A stretch of DNA of 44,744 bases from positions 1-44,744 of the forward strand of contig NIVC01004476.1 of NCBI GenBank assembly GCA_002269645.1, written 5' to 3'. The notes under the pieces were generated by a model that saw only the letters and a list, made by a program, of their open reading frames with translations, did not search any database and was not told where the DNA came from. Position numbers and translations under genes: made by a program. This DNA is from Macrostomum lignano. Taxonomy: Eukaryota. How positions within the stretch are numbered: position 1 is the first letter of the stretch; each line of letters begins with the position of its first letter. Shown here piece by piece: positions 11,207 to 24,002 of the stretch.

Positions 11207-12898
11207 CCGGCCCCACGCCTCTGCCTGTCTGCGGGCCTTCAGGGGCTAGCGGAATGGGCGACCCTCGCCTCCCCGCTGTGTCTACGGACCACCCTGCAGC
11301 TAAGTCAAGTAAGTCAAGAGACCGCGCATTTGCCATCGAACTTTTTTCTTTTCTGAAACTACTGTCAGTAGCCTAAATTGATTGCAGCAATCTTTTTATT
11401 TATTGAATCTTTGAAAAGTATCAAAAACTGTTGGGAAAAAGACTGCGGGAAATTCGAGCGTCCACTGCTGGCAAAAGAGTCGAGGTTAACTGCCGCCAGC
11501 CATTCAGCGCGGCACCGCGGCACCAGCAGCCGGGAGCTCTTTGAGTTGAGTCCGCGGCCTCTCCACCGCCTCGGGTCGCGGCTGCGCGAGCTGTCAAGCC
11601 GGCGGGCGGGCGCCCGTCTCCTCTGCCGGGCCTGGCAGAGCGGCACCGCCCCTCCTGCCTGGACGGCAGTCGGGGTTCGGCTGCGGACAGCCCCCAGCCC
11701 ACCCTTGCTTGGACTCAGCGCGCAGGAATGCGCCGCAGAGCTCGCGCCAAGGCGGGACTGGAAGCCGACACCGCAAAGCGACCCACCAAAGCCAGGCAGC
11801 CGGCCGGCAGGTCGCTCCAACCGTTCTAGGAAATTCCTGAGAGCGGAATCGCCTCGGTGCGATGCTCCGCCAGCTCGACTCCCGCGGTCCCGCCCTCACG
11901 CCCGCTAAGGTGTGCGGGTAGGTCGCGTACTCGAATTCCCCGGCCAGCAGATTGCCGGCCAGGATGGCCGAGTTCGCCATGCCCGCACGTTTTGGCCGAA
12001 GGCGGTTTCTGTCTCCGCTGGATGAGATCCGTGAAGTGCGGGGGTTCGAACCCGCTACTTTCAGAACCGAATCCAAGCGGAGGGTTGCGCGTCCACTCCG
12101 CGATGGGAGAAGTCGCTAACCACCCGGCTACGTGGGGACTTGAGCTGTAGGGCGCTGGAGGTTCTAGTCGATTCATTTTTCAACCGTAACGGCTTTTTAT
12201 AGAGTGAAAAGAGAGAGAAAGAATTCCAAGCCGATCTGCAATTGAAAGAAAATTCCTTTTTCAATAGCGTGGAATGAGAGCAATGGTGTTAATAGTTGTA
12301 GGGTGACCGCATGGCCTCAACGTCTTAAATTTTTACAGGAAACGGCGTTGCATTGTAACCCCAGTGCATGCCACACTGAAGTAATCTCCTTTCACTTAAT
12401 GGCAGATGGTTCATTTTGGTTTTTGGCATCTTTTATGCTACCTAAGTAACAAGGACTATTGGGGGTCTTTGGTCTCGCTATTGGTTAGCGGAACGGACAG
12501 CGATGCCTATAGCTTCAGGAACAGCTGGCTATCCTGGAGGACGCAGCATCCTGGGACCAAGCCCTGGTGTGCCCAGTACACTCTTAATCTTGCAAGACAC
12601 TCTCAATCATCGGGCTACGTCCCCATTAAGCGACTCGGAGTCGTCTCTTCTACGCCTCATACGTCTACTGGCCGTCTACTTTGATAACCACTGCATATAT
12701 CACTTAGATAGGCCTACTCCGGCTTCAACCCAGTTCTGCACAGCGGTACTCATTTTCATGATACGGCACGTCTCTTCGATTCACCTGTCCCGTTCGGACC
12801 AACCAACCTTAAGCCGGTCAACCTCTGGCTTAGACCGTGTGACGTTGCAAACATTTTGCAGTTGCCTTGCTGTCATGATTCTCAGATTCCAGGTTAAA

Positions 12899-12925
<27 letters not shown>
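12899..12925. repeat. (AC)n microsatellite
   Basis: Directly visible. Confidence 0.9.
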
Positions 12926-12929
<4 letters not shown>

Positions 12930-15084
12930 TAAAGATACGTACGTTACATGTAGAGGTTACGCACTTGCACAAGGCGTAAAGAAAGCTCTGAATTTCTCTT
13001 CGCCACGCAAGTACAAGCAAGAATATCATATTAACCCCCAAAATGTTAGGCCACGACAATAGAAAATTCTCCATAAGCAATACATGGAAAAAATTAATTG
13101 TGGGGTCCATTTGAATTTTTAGAGTTTGAGAGATGAGTGTGTGTTCGATCCACTTCATATAAAATTAAACACAATTTCGTGAAAAAAATATTTTCTCTGA
13201 TGTGCATTTTTGCCTGGAACTAGCATCCAAAGATCTTCTTAGAAGCGAAGCTTCTCCTTCTACTCAATTTGTCCTTGATATCGTCCTTGCATCGAATCCA
13301 GGTGCATGTACTTTGGCTCGAGAGTAGGACATGTTAATTAAAAATGTACTTTGTTGCAGGGTTTCGGCCTTTTGACCCCTCTAGATCCGCCATTGATCAG
13401 TAAGAACTCTTTCATATGACTAATATGAGTTAGATTTCAATTCACTTAAATTATGTTGGACCCCGTCCGCAAGGATAACGCTATTTGCTTTTTATTATCG
13501 TGGACGCGGTCGCCGTTCCTAGAAAGGCGTGCTTAAGCACGCATGAATGAGCACTTGCACAGAAACATGGTGGCTTACATAGCCTCATGTTAATTTTGTT
13601 TGACCTATAAGAGATGGTTAGATATTATGTAGTTGAGAGCCTAGTTTAGTCAATTTAGTTATAGTTACGCTGTGCAGAAAATAAATTTTACCCATGCCAG
13701 GGCTTTATGAAGTGAATTAGTGAATAATATTTTTTGAGATCTAATGAATATTTTACATGAATGAACACAAAATATCAAATTTTAATAGCTAATGTGTATT
13801 AGTTACTGAAAATCGCAATCACTGCTACCTTTAATTAAATAAGCAATTTTTATAATGTTTATTGAACAAAATGTTTATTGAGGACCTAATTGCTAATGCT
13901 ATGCTAATTGCTAACTATAATTTTAATTTTGATAGCCACAACATATATCATTTAGATAGGCTTATGCTTTGTTACTAATCTATAAAAAATCTTTTACAGT
14001 AAGCAAAACATAGAAAATGAAAGATATAACTTAGCTTTTTATTTATTAATTCTTAGGCTTAAGGGGTTGCAAATGTTTTAAATTTAATATTTTAATTTTA
14101 TTTTTTTTAAATAAATTGTATTTCACATTTTGTTCAGTTTGATATTTATTCCATAATAGTTTAATATGATTATGTCATTGTTTGATTACTTTGCAAATTC
14201 TTTGACTTTGTTGTAATAAAATGTCCTATAAATATTAATATATCAAGAAAAATAAGAATTTATTAATTATTAGGCCTAATTATATACAAATTTCTAAAAA
14301 ACCATACTCAATAAAGTGGCCTGCATGCCAGAATTTTGATGAATAAGATTTTGCATGAAATATTTAATGCTTGCTGATATTTTGCATAAGAGTATTTATA
14401 TATGCACATTCATATAGATATATTCATTATTTATATTATTTATCTATTTATAAATTATTTTGGTTTTTTGTATATATCATGGCATATACCATAACAAAGT
14501 TATCTATAGAAATCCAGAATTTAGACCCTAGTCTATAAGCTAGATGTCTTTTAATTTGATCCTATATTGGGATTTATGTTTCATTTGAAATATCTTTATT
14601 TTCATAATTTTTAGGGTTCTTAGGACTTTTTCAACTTTTGTTAAATATGAAAAATGGTTAGGTATTTTATCTTTTGGTATACAATATGCATGTGCCCATG
14701 TAGTTTTTAGACTATATCATATATGCTTGTACCATTAATAAACTATCTCTAGGTAGGATAGATTCCCTAATCCCAAAATCCAAAGATCCCAGCAAAAATA
14801 AAGATCCTGATCCTGCTCAATCTCAAAGTCTATACTACTCATAGTATAAGCCTTTACTACTCATAGTATGGTCAAACACTCAAGTGTGCAATATATCTTT
14901 CTATACATATCGGCAGAATAAAGTTCATTGCATATAGACTGCAGCATTTTTATATTCAGGATTTTTATACATATCACATTAGCCAAGCTATTAAAATGTA
15001 ATTAATATTTCACTGCTTCAGTCTGCAGAAGAAGGAGAAGCAGAAGCAAGAGGAGCAACTGCAGCTGTCGCCACCTGCACGGCT

Positions 15085-15360
15085 ATGGCGGCCTGCGACT
15101 ATCGCGCCTGGCACGAGCGCCTCCGAGCAGTGGCGCCAGAGACTCGCGCAGTCCCACTGAGCGAGTCCTTCATCAGCTACCTGCTGGCCGATGGCATGCA
15201 GCTGCCGCCCCATCATCAGGCCGGTGTCAATGGCGTTGCCAATGGCAACGATAGCGACGATAGCAACAGTCAATCCAGCTTTGCATTGAGCGATGACGAT
15301 GTAGACCTCAGGCAGGTTGGCAACTATCCCGACAGCTTGTTTCCCGAGCTCAAAGCTGAG
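15085..15360 (+). CDS. CDC123: CDC123 (D123, ATP-grasp eIF2 assembly factor), coding exon 1 of 3
   Basis: MAACDYRAW...AVPLSESFISYLLADG...FPELKAE; GT donor at 15361 (phase 0). An acceptor TTCAG at 15017-15021 opens in frame, so an N-terminal extension is possible. Confidence 0.85.
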
Positions 15361-15517
15361 GTACACGAGGGTGTTTGAGCAGGTCTTCTTACTACTCAAG
15401 CTTGCTTGCTTGCTTCTAGCAGTGTGTAGATTATCTTTCTCTGACAGATCTTTACGATTCTATATTGCAATCTTTTTTCATCGCTATTAAACTTGATCAC
15501 AGGCACTTTGAATACCA

Positions 15518-18255
15518 CATATCCAATAATCCTTGATCCCAGACAGTGAGATCCCATATCCAATAATCCTTAATCCCAGACAGTGAGATCCCATATTCAA
15601 TAATCCTTAATCCCAGACATTGGGATCCCATATCCAATAATCCTTAATCCCAGACAGTGAGAATCCCATATCCAATAATCCTTAATCCCAGACAGTGAGA
15701 TCCCATATTCAATAATCCTTAATTCCAGACATTGGGATCCCATATCCAATAATCCTTAATCCCAGAAAGTGAGATCCCATATCCAATAATCCTTAATCCC
15801 AGACAATGAGATCCCATATTCAATAATCCTTAATCCCAGACATTGGGATCCCATATCCAATAATCCTTGATCCCAGACAGTAAGATCCCATATCCAATAA
15901 TCCTTAATCCCAGACAATGAGATCCCATATCCAATAATCCTTAATCCCAGACATTGGGATCCCATATCCAATAATCCTCAACCCCAGACAGTGAGATCCC
16001 ATATCCAATAATCCTTGATCCCAGACAGTGAGATCCCATATCCAATAATCCTTAATCCCAGAAAGTGAGATCCCATATCCAATAATCCTTAATCCCAGAA
16101 AGTGAGATCCCATATCCAATAATCCTTAATCCCAGACAATGAGATCCCATATTCAATAATCCTTAATCCCAGACATTGGGATCCCATATCCAATAATCCT
16201 TAATCCCAGACATTGGGATCCCATATCCAATAATCCTTAATCCCAGACATTGGGATCCCATATCCAATAATCCTCAACCCCAGACAGTGAGATCCCATAT
16301 CCAATAATCCTTAATCCCAGACATTGGGATCCCATATCCAATAATCCTCAACCCCAGACAGTGAGATCCCATATCCAATAATCCTTAATCCCAGAAAGTG
16401 AGATCCCATATCCAATAATCATTAATCCCAGAAAGTGAGATCCCATATCCAATAATCCTTAATCCCAGACAATGAGATCCCATATTCAATAATCCTTAAT
16501 CCCAGACATTGGGATCCCATATCCAATAATCCTTAATCCCAGACATTGGGATCCCATATCCAATAATCCTTAATCCCAGACATTGGGATCCCATATCCAA
16601 TAATCCTCAACCCCAGACAGTGAGATCCCATATCCAATAATCCTTGATCCCAGACAGTGAGATCCCATATCCAATAATCCTTAATCCCAGACAGTGAGAT
16701 CCCATATTCAATAATCCTTAATCCCAGACATTGGGATCCCATATCCAATAATCCTTAATCCCAGACAGTGAGATCCCATATCCAATAATCCTTAATCCCA
16801 GACAGTGAGATCCCATATCCAATAATCCTCAACCCCAGACAGTGAGATCCCATATCCAATAATCCTTGATCCCAGACAGTAAGATCCCATATCCAATAAT
16901 CCTTTATCCCAGAAAGTGAGTTCCCATATCCAATAATCCTTTATCATAGACAGTGAGATCCCATATCCAATAATCCTTGATCCCAGACAGTGAGATCCCA
17001 TATCCAATAATCCTTGATCCCAGACAGTAAGATCCCATATCCAATAATCCTTTATCCCAGAAAGTGAGATCCCATATCTAATAATCCTTAATCCCAGACA
17101 TTGGGATCCCATATCCAATAATCCTCAACCCCAGACAGTGAGATCCCATATCCAATAATCCTTGATCCCAGACAGTGAGATCCCATATTCAATAATCCTT
17201 AATCCCAGACATTGGGATCCCATATCCAATAATCCTTAATCCCAGAAAGTGAGATCCCATATCCAATAATCCTTAATCCCAGAAAGTGAGATCCCATATC
17301 CAATAATCCTTAATCCCAGATAGTGAGATCCCATATCCAATAATCCTTAATCCCAGACAATGAGATCCCATATTCAATAATCCTTAATCCCAGACATTGG
17401 GATCCCATATCCAATAATCCTTAATCCCAGACATTGGGATCCCATATCCAATAATCCTTAATCCCAGACATTGGGATCCCATATCCAATAATCCTCAACC
17501 CCAGACAGTGAGATCCCATATCCAATAATCCTTGATCCCAGACAGTGAGATCCCATATCCAATAATCCTTAATCCCAGACAGTGAGATCCCATATTCAAT
17601 AATCCTTAATCCCAGACATTGGGATCCCATATCCAATAATCCTTAATCCCAGACAGTGAGATCCCATATCCAATAATCCTTGATCCCAGACAGTGAGATC
17701 CCATATCCAATAATCCTTAATCCTAGACAGTGAGATCCCATATCCAATAATCCTCAACCCCAGACAGTGAGATCCCATATCCAATAATCCTTGATCCCAG
17801 ACAGTGAGATCCCATATCCAATAATCCTTAATCCCAGAAAGTGAGATCCCATATCCAATAATCCTTGATCCCAGACAGTGAGATCCCATATTCAATAATC
17901 CTTAATCCCAGACATTGGGATCCCATATCCAATAATCCTTAATCCCAGAAAGTGAGATCCCATATCCAATAATCCTTAATCCCAGACAGTGAGATCCCAT
18001 ATCCAATAATCCTCAACCCCAGACAGTGAGATCCCATATCCAATAATCCTTGATCCCAGACAGTGAGATCCCATATCCAATAATCCTCAACCCCAGACAG
18101 TGAGATCCCATATCCAATAATCCTTGATCCCAGACAGTGAGATCCCATATCCAATAATCCTCAACCCCAGACAGTGAGATCCCATATCCAATAATCCTTG
18201 ATCCCAGACAGTGAGATCCCATATCCAATAATCCTTTATCCCAGTCAGTGAGATC
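15518..18255. repeat. Minisatellite, 37-bp unit ATCCCAGACAGTGAGATCCCATATCCAATAATCCTTA, about 74 copies, filling CDC123 intron 1
   Basis: Directly visible; an 888-bp (24-unit) offset between ORFs 16533 and 17421, which translate identically. Confidence 0.97.
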
Positions 18256-18321
18256 AATGATCAATGATGATAATATCCCCAAAATCGGCAACCCGAATCC
18301 CTAAAATCCCAATTCCTGCAG

Positions 18322-18728
18322 GTGGAATCCGCCATCGCCACCCTGGGCGGCAGCGCCTTCCCCAAGCTGACCTGGACGGCGCCGAAAGACGCTCGCTGGG
18401 TGAGCTTCGATAACAGCCTGCGCTGTGGCTCCTTCTTGGACGTCTGCATGCTTTTGAAATCTTCGGACGACTGCGCGCACGACCTGCTCCGGGCGCTGCC
18501 GGCCTGCCGCTGCGACTGCGGCCACGGCATCGATGAGACTGAGCACTGCTGCTCCAGGCAGCCCTACGGCCACTGCCTGCTGCTCAGGCGGTGGGTTGAC
18601 GTGCCCGAGTCCGGCGAGTTTCGCTGCTTCTGGCGCCGGGGTCGCCTTGCGGCCGTCTGTCAGCGAAGGCTGGCCGCCTGCTATCCTCATCTGGCCGATG
18701 CGGCCGGCGTTGACCGCCTGCTTGACCG
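18322..18728 (+). CDS. CDC123: CDC123 coding exon 2
   Basis: CCTGCAG acceptor; AIATLGGSAFPKLTWTAPKDARW...LLKSSD, RRWVD..ESGEFRCF...LAAVCQR are CDC123 hallmark motifs; donor GTAGGG at 18729 (phase 2). Confidence 0.93.
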
Positions 18729-18944
18729 GTAGGGGCTGCTGAGGACGGGAGGTCATGCGAGGACAGCTTGGTTGCTATAGTAAATGCCAGTCAGTTGGAC
18801 AGAACCTGATCTCAAGTTTCTGCGTCCTCACTCAGCCCCAGTAGGGTTACCTGAGTTAACTAAAGTTACCTGAGTTTAGGAAGGTCATTAGGCCTAATAA
18901 ATTAAACAGTCAAAAATTAAGTTATTTAAAGCCAGGAATCAATT

Positions 18945-19582
18945 AATTTGGGGTCACCTAAAGACAGTAATGAATCTATTTGGGGTCACATAAGGACAGT
19001 AATGAATCTATTTGGGGTCACATAAGGACAGTAATTAATCTATTTGGGGTCACATAAGGACAGTAATGAATCTATTTGGGGTCACCTAAGGACAGTAATG
19101 AATCTATTTGGGGTCACCTAAGGACAGTAATGAATCTATATGGGGTCACCTAAGGACAGGAATGAATCTATTTGGGGTCACATAAGGACAGTAATGAATC
19201 TATTTGGGGTCACCTAAGGACAGTAATGAATCTATTTGGGGTCACCTAAGGACAGTAATGAATCTATATGGGGTCACCTAAGGACAGTAATGAATCTATT
19301 TGGGGTCACCTAAGGACAGTAATGAATCTATTTGGGGTCACCTAAGGACAGTAATGAATCTATATGGGGTCACCTAAGGACAGGAATGAATCTATTTGGG
19401 GTCACATAAGGACAGTAATGAATCTATTTGGGGTCACCTAAGGACAGTAATGAATCTATTTGGGGTCACATAAGGACAGTAATGAATCTATTTGGGGTCA
19501 CCTAAGGACAGTAATGAATTTATTTTGTGTCACCTAAGGACAAGAATGAATCTATTTGGGGTCATCTGAGGACAGGAATGAA
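18945..19582. repeat. Minisatellite, 32-bp unit AATGAATCTATTTGGGGTCACCTAAGGACAGT, about 20 copies, CDC123 intron 2
   Basis: Directly visible. Confidence 0.96.
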
Positions 19583-19691
19583 TTAATTTGGGGCCACCCG
19601 AGGACAAGGATCAGTCATAATTGCAGCAGGCCACCCCAGGGCAATAAATAAATTAAATGTTATGTGAGTTCGAATTCCAATCTTCCCGCAG

Positions 19692-20085
19692 CATTTCTGC
19701 CTTCCTGTCTGACCTCGCGCCCGCCTGCCTGCCGCCGGCCCTCGCGCAGTCCGGCTGCGTATTTGACCTCTATTTGACCTCTGACTCGCGCGACTCCTGC
19801 CGCCTATTGGACTTGGCGCCTTGGGGCCCGCCAACTGATTCGCTGTTGTTTGACTGGCCGGAGCTGACGGCGGCTGAGGCGCGGCAGCGGCGGCCGCTGT
19901 TCCGCCGGCTGACGGACGACTCGCAGGCCGAGCTGCGGCCTGTCGCCGCCATGCCGCTGGACTTTCACTGCCTGCTGGGCCGCGGCGGCGGGGCGGCAGA
20001 CGGCGACCTCGCCGAGATGCTCCGGCTGGCTGAGGCCCGACAGCGGGCTGGAGAGGAAAGCTCATCCGCCTCCTCTGATGGATGA
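19692..20085 (+). CDS. CDC123: CDC123 coding exon 3 (terminal); spliced CDS 1077 nt, 358 aa
   Basis: TTCCCGCAG acceptor with matching phase (CG|C = Arg); VFDLY, LLDLAPW, TDSLLFDWPEL motifs; TGA at 20083-20085. Confidence 0.92.
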
Positions 20086-20114
20086 CGGCTGTGCGGTGCA
20101 TTTGCTACGGAAAC

Positions 20115-20572
20115 TTGAGATTTTGATTTCGTAGGGGTGAGATTTTGATTTCGAAGGGGTGAGATTTTGATTTCGAAGGGGTGAGATTTTGATGATTGAG
20201 ATTCTACTAGGCTGAAATTTGTACTTCATAGGGGTGAGATTTTGATATCTGATTGAGATTCTACTAGGGCGATATTTTATTTTCAAAAGGGTGAGATTTT
20301 GATTTCGTATGGGGTGAGATTTTAATTTCTGAGTGAGATTCTATTCAATACTAGGGTGAGATTTTAATTTCAAGAAGGGTGAGATTTTGTATTCGTAGGT
20401 GAGATTTTTATTTCGTAGGGATCAGTGTTTGATATCTGAGTGAGATTCTTTTAGGGTAAGATTTAATTTCACAGGGGTGAGATTTTGATTTCGAAGGGGT
20501 GAGATTTTAAAATCTGAGTGTCATTATGCTACTAGGGTGAGATAAGATTCTAAAGGAATCTTTAGGGTGAGA
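20115..20572. repeat. Degenerate 22-bp tandem repeat GGGGTGAGATTTTGATTTCGAA, immediately 3' of the CDC123 stop
   Basis: Recurrent GGGTGAGATTTT core with variable spacing. Confidence 0.85.
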
Positions 20573-21092
20573 ATCGTTAAATTGTAAAATTTATCATTTA
20601 AGTTGAATTTCTTAACCTGAAATTAATTTGCTTATTGAACTTCATCAATATTTGCATTTTTGTTACAGCTATAATACAGGTACCATTGGTGAAAGTAAAT
20701 AAAAGCTGCAAATTTCTACTGAATTGAATCAAGCAGTAATATACATCGCGTATGTTTTTATTTATTTTTTATTACTTTAAAAGAAATTGAGAGAATAATA
20801 GAGCCTTGGTTTCGGGAGGCACTTGGCCTCGTGTCAGCGGAATTTCGGTGAAATCTGGTTAGATATTGACAGTATAACAGTCCAAGTTGTTATTTATTTA
20901 TTATATATAGTTGTGGATTATTATCATAAGATCGAAATTGGTAGGCAGGTAGGCACGCATTTTGCAGACAAATGGTAAAGGGCTTGTGTTAGTTAGGCAT
21001 AAAGAATGGGGCTATGGCTTCATCTATTTCATTAATTGAGAAGATAAGCTTATACATGCCATTCCCTGAGAACAGTGTTGGGTAGATATCCC

Positions 21093-21320
21093 CAGTGAGT
21101 CTGAGCTGTCCCCAATCAGTGAGTCTGAGCTATCCCCATCAGTGAGTCTGAGCTATCCCCCATGAGTGAGTCTGAACTATCCCCCATCAGTGAGTATGAG
21201 CTATCCCCCATCAGTGAGTCTGAGCTATCCCCATCCAGATGAGTCTGCGCTATCCCCCATCAGTGAGTCTTAGCTTTCCCCCATCAGTGAGTCTGAGCTA
21301 TCCCCATCCAGATGAGTCAG
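21093..21320. repeat. 23-24-bp tandem repeat CAGTGAGTCTGAGCTATCCCCAT, about 9 copies
   Basis: Directly visible. Confidence 0.9.
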
Positions 21321-22696
21321 GCATTGGCAAGTAGTCACAGCGGGATGCAATCCACTCTAACAGCTGTAGGCATAGAAAACTTTATTAGTTAACGTACAGA
21401 ACAATTTGCGAAACATTTGCATAACACAGACCTACATAAAGGCAGTTGTCAGTTGCAGATATTTTATGCAGTTTCGAATATGAACACAGATTTTAATAGC
21501 GGCTTACACAAATGTACCAGGAGGCAAATAAAAGAACAAAATAACTATTCAAGTATACGCACCTAAGGGTAGAGCTAACTACAATAGCAGTGATATTTTG
21601 GGTGCTGGACGTTTGAGGAGAAAGTTTAGGTTACAAAAGATTAAATCCAAACCAAAGAAAGAAGCGGACTAGAGGTGGGAATCCAAGATTTTAAAGAGTT
21701 TTAGATTTCTTGTTAATTTAGACGGGCGATTTTCGTTAAAAATTGTAGCAAAGAAATTTCTTAATAATCTTCAATTACTATCATTGTGCGTACAACAATT
21801 GCCTGATTGTCCCCACAAAAAGTTTCTGTGTAAGAGTAGTGCAGAAAAATTCATCTTTGCGATCAAATAAACTAATAGGCTAGTATATATAAGTGACAGG
21901 GAAGAAATAAAAACTGTTATAAGCATTGTCGTGTTCGATAAGTTCACAAGGAATACGAAAAAGTATCATGAAAAAACGAGAATAAGATTCCAGACGCGTA
22001 ATTCGATTTGGAATTAGGAAGATGGGAGAGCGGTATCGTGTGACAGCTTGTTTTGTTAAAACATCTTGTAATTGTTAAAAATCAGAAATCATGCAAAATA
22101 AAATTTTTTAGTAACCGTAAGTTACAAGAGTAAAATTGCAAATACATTTTAATTGGCTGGCTAATATGGATTGAAGTAACAACTTCAGGTTATAAAGATT
22201 CTGAACTGAAAGCCAATCAAAATCTAGAAAGGGGAAGGATTCTTATTGAGAGTTGTGCCAGCCAGTTTGGGAGGGTCAGGGCAGAGGGTTTGGGCCAGCC
22301 AATGAAGATTCAAGAAGAAGCAATGTACACCGACGCTTGGGTAAAGGGGGCTAGAGAGTATGAGGTTGGCATCGCTACTGGGGGTAGAGGGTATGGCTGC
22401 TGCAATTTGATTGGATGCTGCAGGGGCTGGCTTTATATATGGTGCCATGTTGGATAAATCGCTAAAGTCAAATTGTACGTGATTCAGACTGCGTTGTAAC
22501 AATAATTACAATTCATGCGACGATCATTGAGATAGAAGTAAAGTTTGTACAAATGCGCCCGAAGCTGCTGCTGTTTAAAAAATAAGCAAACAGATTTTTT
22601 CAAAGTTCCTTCCTATTGCGACTTCGGAAATCGCATTTTCCCTGCGAGTCAGAGATGCACAAGTCGGGTATAGTGAGGTCAGGCACTTCCACATGA

Positions 22697-22815
22697 TCAG
22701 TGCTGAATGTTCGGCAGATGGCTGTTCTTGCCAAGCTTGTGGTTGCCTCCGAAACTGGCGTTTCCCACCGGGTTGTTGGCGTTCAGCAGCGGCCACTGCG
22801 GGACGACGGTTTGCA
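22697..22815 (-). CDS. Probable terminal exon of the CDKL gene (ends SHLPNIQH*); splice junction uncertain
   Basis: Frame QTVVPQWPLLNANNPVGNASFGGNHKLGKNSHLPNIQH* resembles the (H/F)(L/F)PNI tail of CDKL1/4-type kinases. Its phase does not match the 23173 donor. Confidence 0.45.
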
Positions 22816-22889
22816 CTTTTAAATATCTGCGTTCCCTGTGCTTCAATAGCTATCAAACTTTTAGTTTGGTCATCACTCGCCTCACACGT

Positions 22890-23125
22890 GTCCTATCTCT
22901 TGGGGTTTGCCATCGCCCACCCTGTCCTTATCTTGGGTTGGTCATCGCCCGCCCTGTCCTTATCTTGGATTGGTCATCGCCCGCCCTGTCCTTATCTTTT
23001 GGGGTTGGCCATCGCGCGCCCTGTCCTTATCTTAGGTTGGTGTACATGTAAGTACATCGTTGTGTAGTCTCTATCTTGGGGGTTGTGGGTTTGGTCATCG
23101 CCCGCTCTGTCCTTATTTTGGGGTT
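22890..23125. repeat. About 33-bp tandem repeat GGTTGGTCATCGCCCGCCCTGTCCTTATCTTGG in the last CDKL intron
   Basis: About 6 diverged copies. Confidence 0.85.
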
Positions 23126-23172
23126 GGTCACGGCTCATCGAGTGGTTGCTAGACGCACCACAGCTCTCTCAC

Positions 23173-23340
23173 CTGCACTCGCTGTCTGGGCTGCGGCAGC
23201 GAGTTACCCCGCCGGCCACCCCCGCCGCCCCCGCCGCCCGCGCCGCCAGTTCCATCCTCGTAGCCCGACCTGTCAAAGTAGTCAAACTTTTTCAAATCGT
23301 CGCAGGTGGCCCGCTGCACGGGATCCATCTTGAAGCAGGC
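23173..23340 (-). CDS. CDKL1: CDKL1-like kinase exon 8
   Basis: ACFKMDPVQRATCDDL (subdomain XI) plus Gly-rich tail; AACAG acceptor, GTGAGA donor. Confidence 0.88.
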
Positions 23341-23440
23341 CTGTTTTAAAAGAAACGTGTTTAATAATTGATTATAAAAAAATTTCCTCGTAACAATGAA
23401 GCCCACTTTAAAAAACACCCTGAAAGCAGCTTGCACTCAC

Positions 23441-23509
23441 CTGCATAAATTGCAGCTCCTTCTGTGTCAGGGCCTGTCGCATGTACGCAAACTTGTCCTC
23501 CAGAGTTTC
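23441..23509 (-). CDS. CDKL1: CDKL1-like kinase exon 7
   Basis: ETLEDKFAYMRQALTQKELQFMQ; CAG acceptor and GTGAGT donor, phase 0/0. Confidence 0.85.
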
Positions 23510-23601
23510 CTGGACAATTGCAACAATACTATAATTATAAATTCCGATATTCTTAAATTTAAAACTGGCGCAGACTAGCTACTGTCAGTAGCTAAACTCA
23601 C

Positions 23602-23684
23602 CTGAACCTCGGGCTCCGGTATTTTAAGACCCTTGAAGAAAGAATTCTGTTGAAATATTTCTCTGTGCCGCGGCAGGAGTTGGC
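23602..23684 (-). CDS. CDKL1: CDKL1-like kinase exon 6
   Basis: GQLLPRHREIFQQNSFFKGLKIPEPEVQ; canonical splice sites. Confidence 0.9.
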
Positions 23685-23738
23685 CTGAATTGAAAAATGG
23701 AACAGTTATTACCATTTATTAGCATTTTTAATTGCCTA

Positions 23739-24002
<264 letters not shown>

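Larger units (their letters stand above)
5564..11316 (+). mobile_element. Full-length non-LTR retrotransposon (LINE) with RNase H, LOA/Lian-like (R1/I group); clade tentative
   Basis: Perfect 14-bp target-site duplication AGAGACCGCGCATT at 5550-5563 and 11317-11330; two-ORF layout; short tandem 3' tail TAAGTCAAGTAAGTCA (11301-11316) instead of poly(A). Confidence 0.95.

Noticed and set aside
7262-11336. Many antisense and alternative-frame ORFs within the LINE
   Set aside because: Shadow ORFs of a GC-rich coding region with no motifs.
11365-11820. LCGVGFQSRLG…H as a LINE-type zinc finger
   Set aside because: The first Cys is missing, His spacing is wrong, and no RT motifs are adjacent.
12030-12140. 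Functional tRNA gene
   Set aside because: No acceptor stem or anticodon arm could be folded; kept only as a SINE-head candidate.
13527-13542. Perfect 16-bp palindrome GCGTGCTTAAGCACGC as a Helitron 3' hairpin
   Set aside because: The nearby CTAG (minus strand) is only 4 nt away and is not followed by T; no 5' TC end identified.
15518-18255. 24-37-bp repeats as CRISPR arrays (also 1062-2238, 18945-19582, 28927-29820)
   Set aside because: Units are head-to-tail with no unique spacers, there are no cas genes, and they lie in spliceosomal introns or next to eukaryotic genes.
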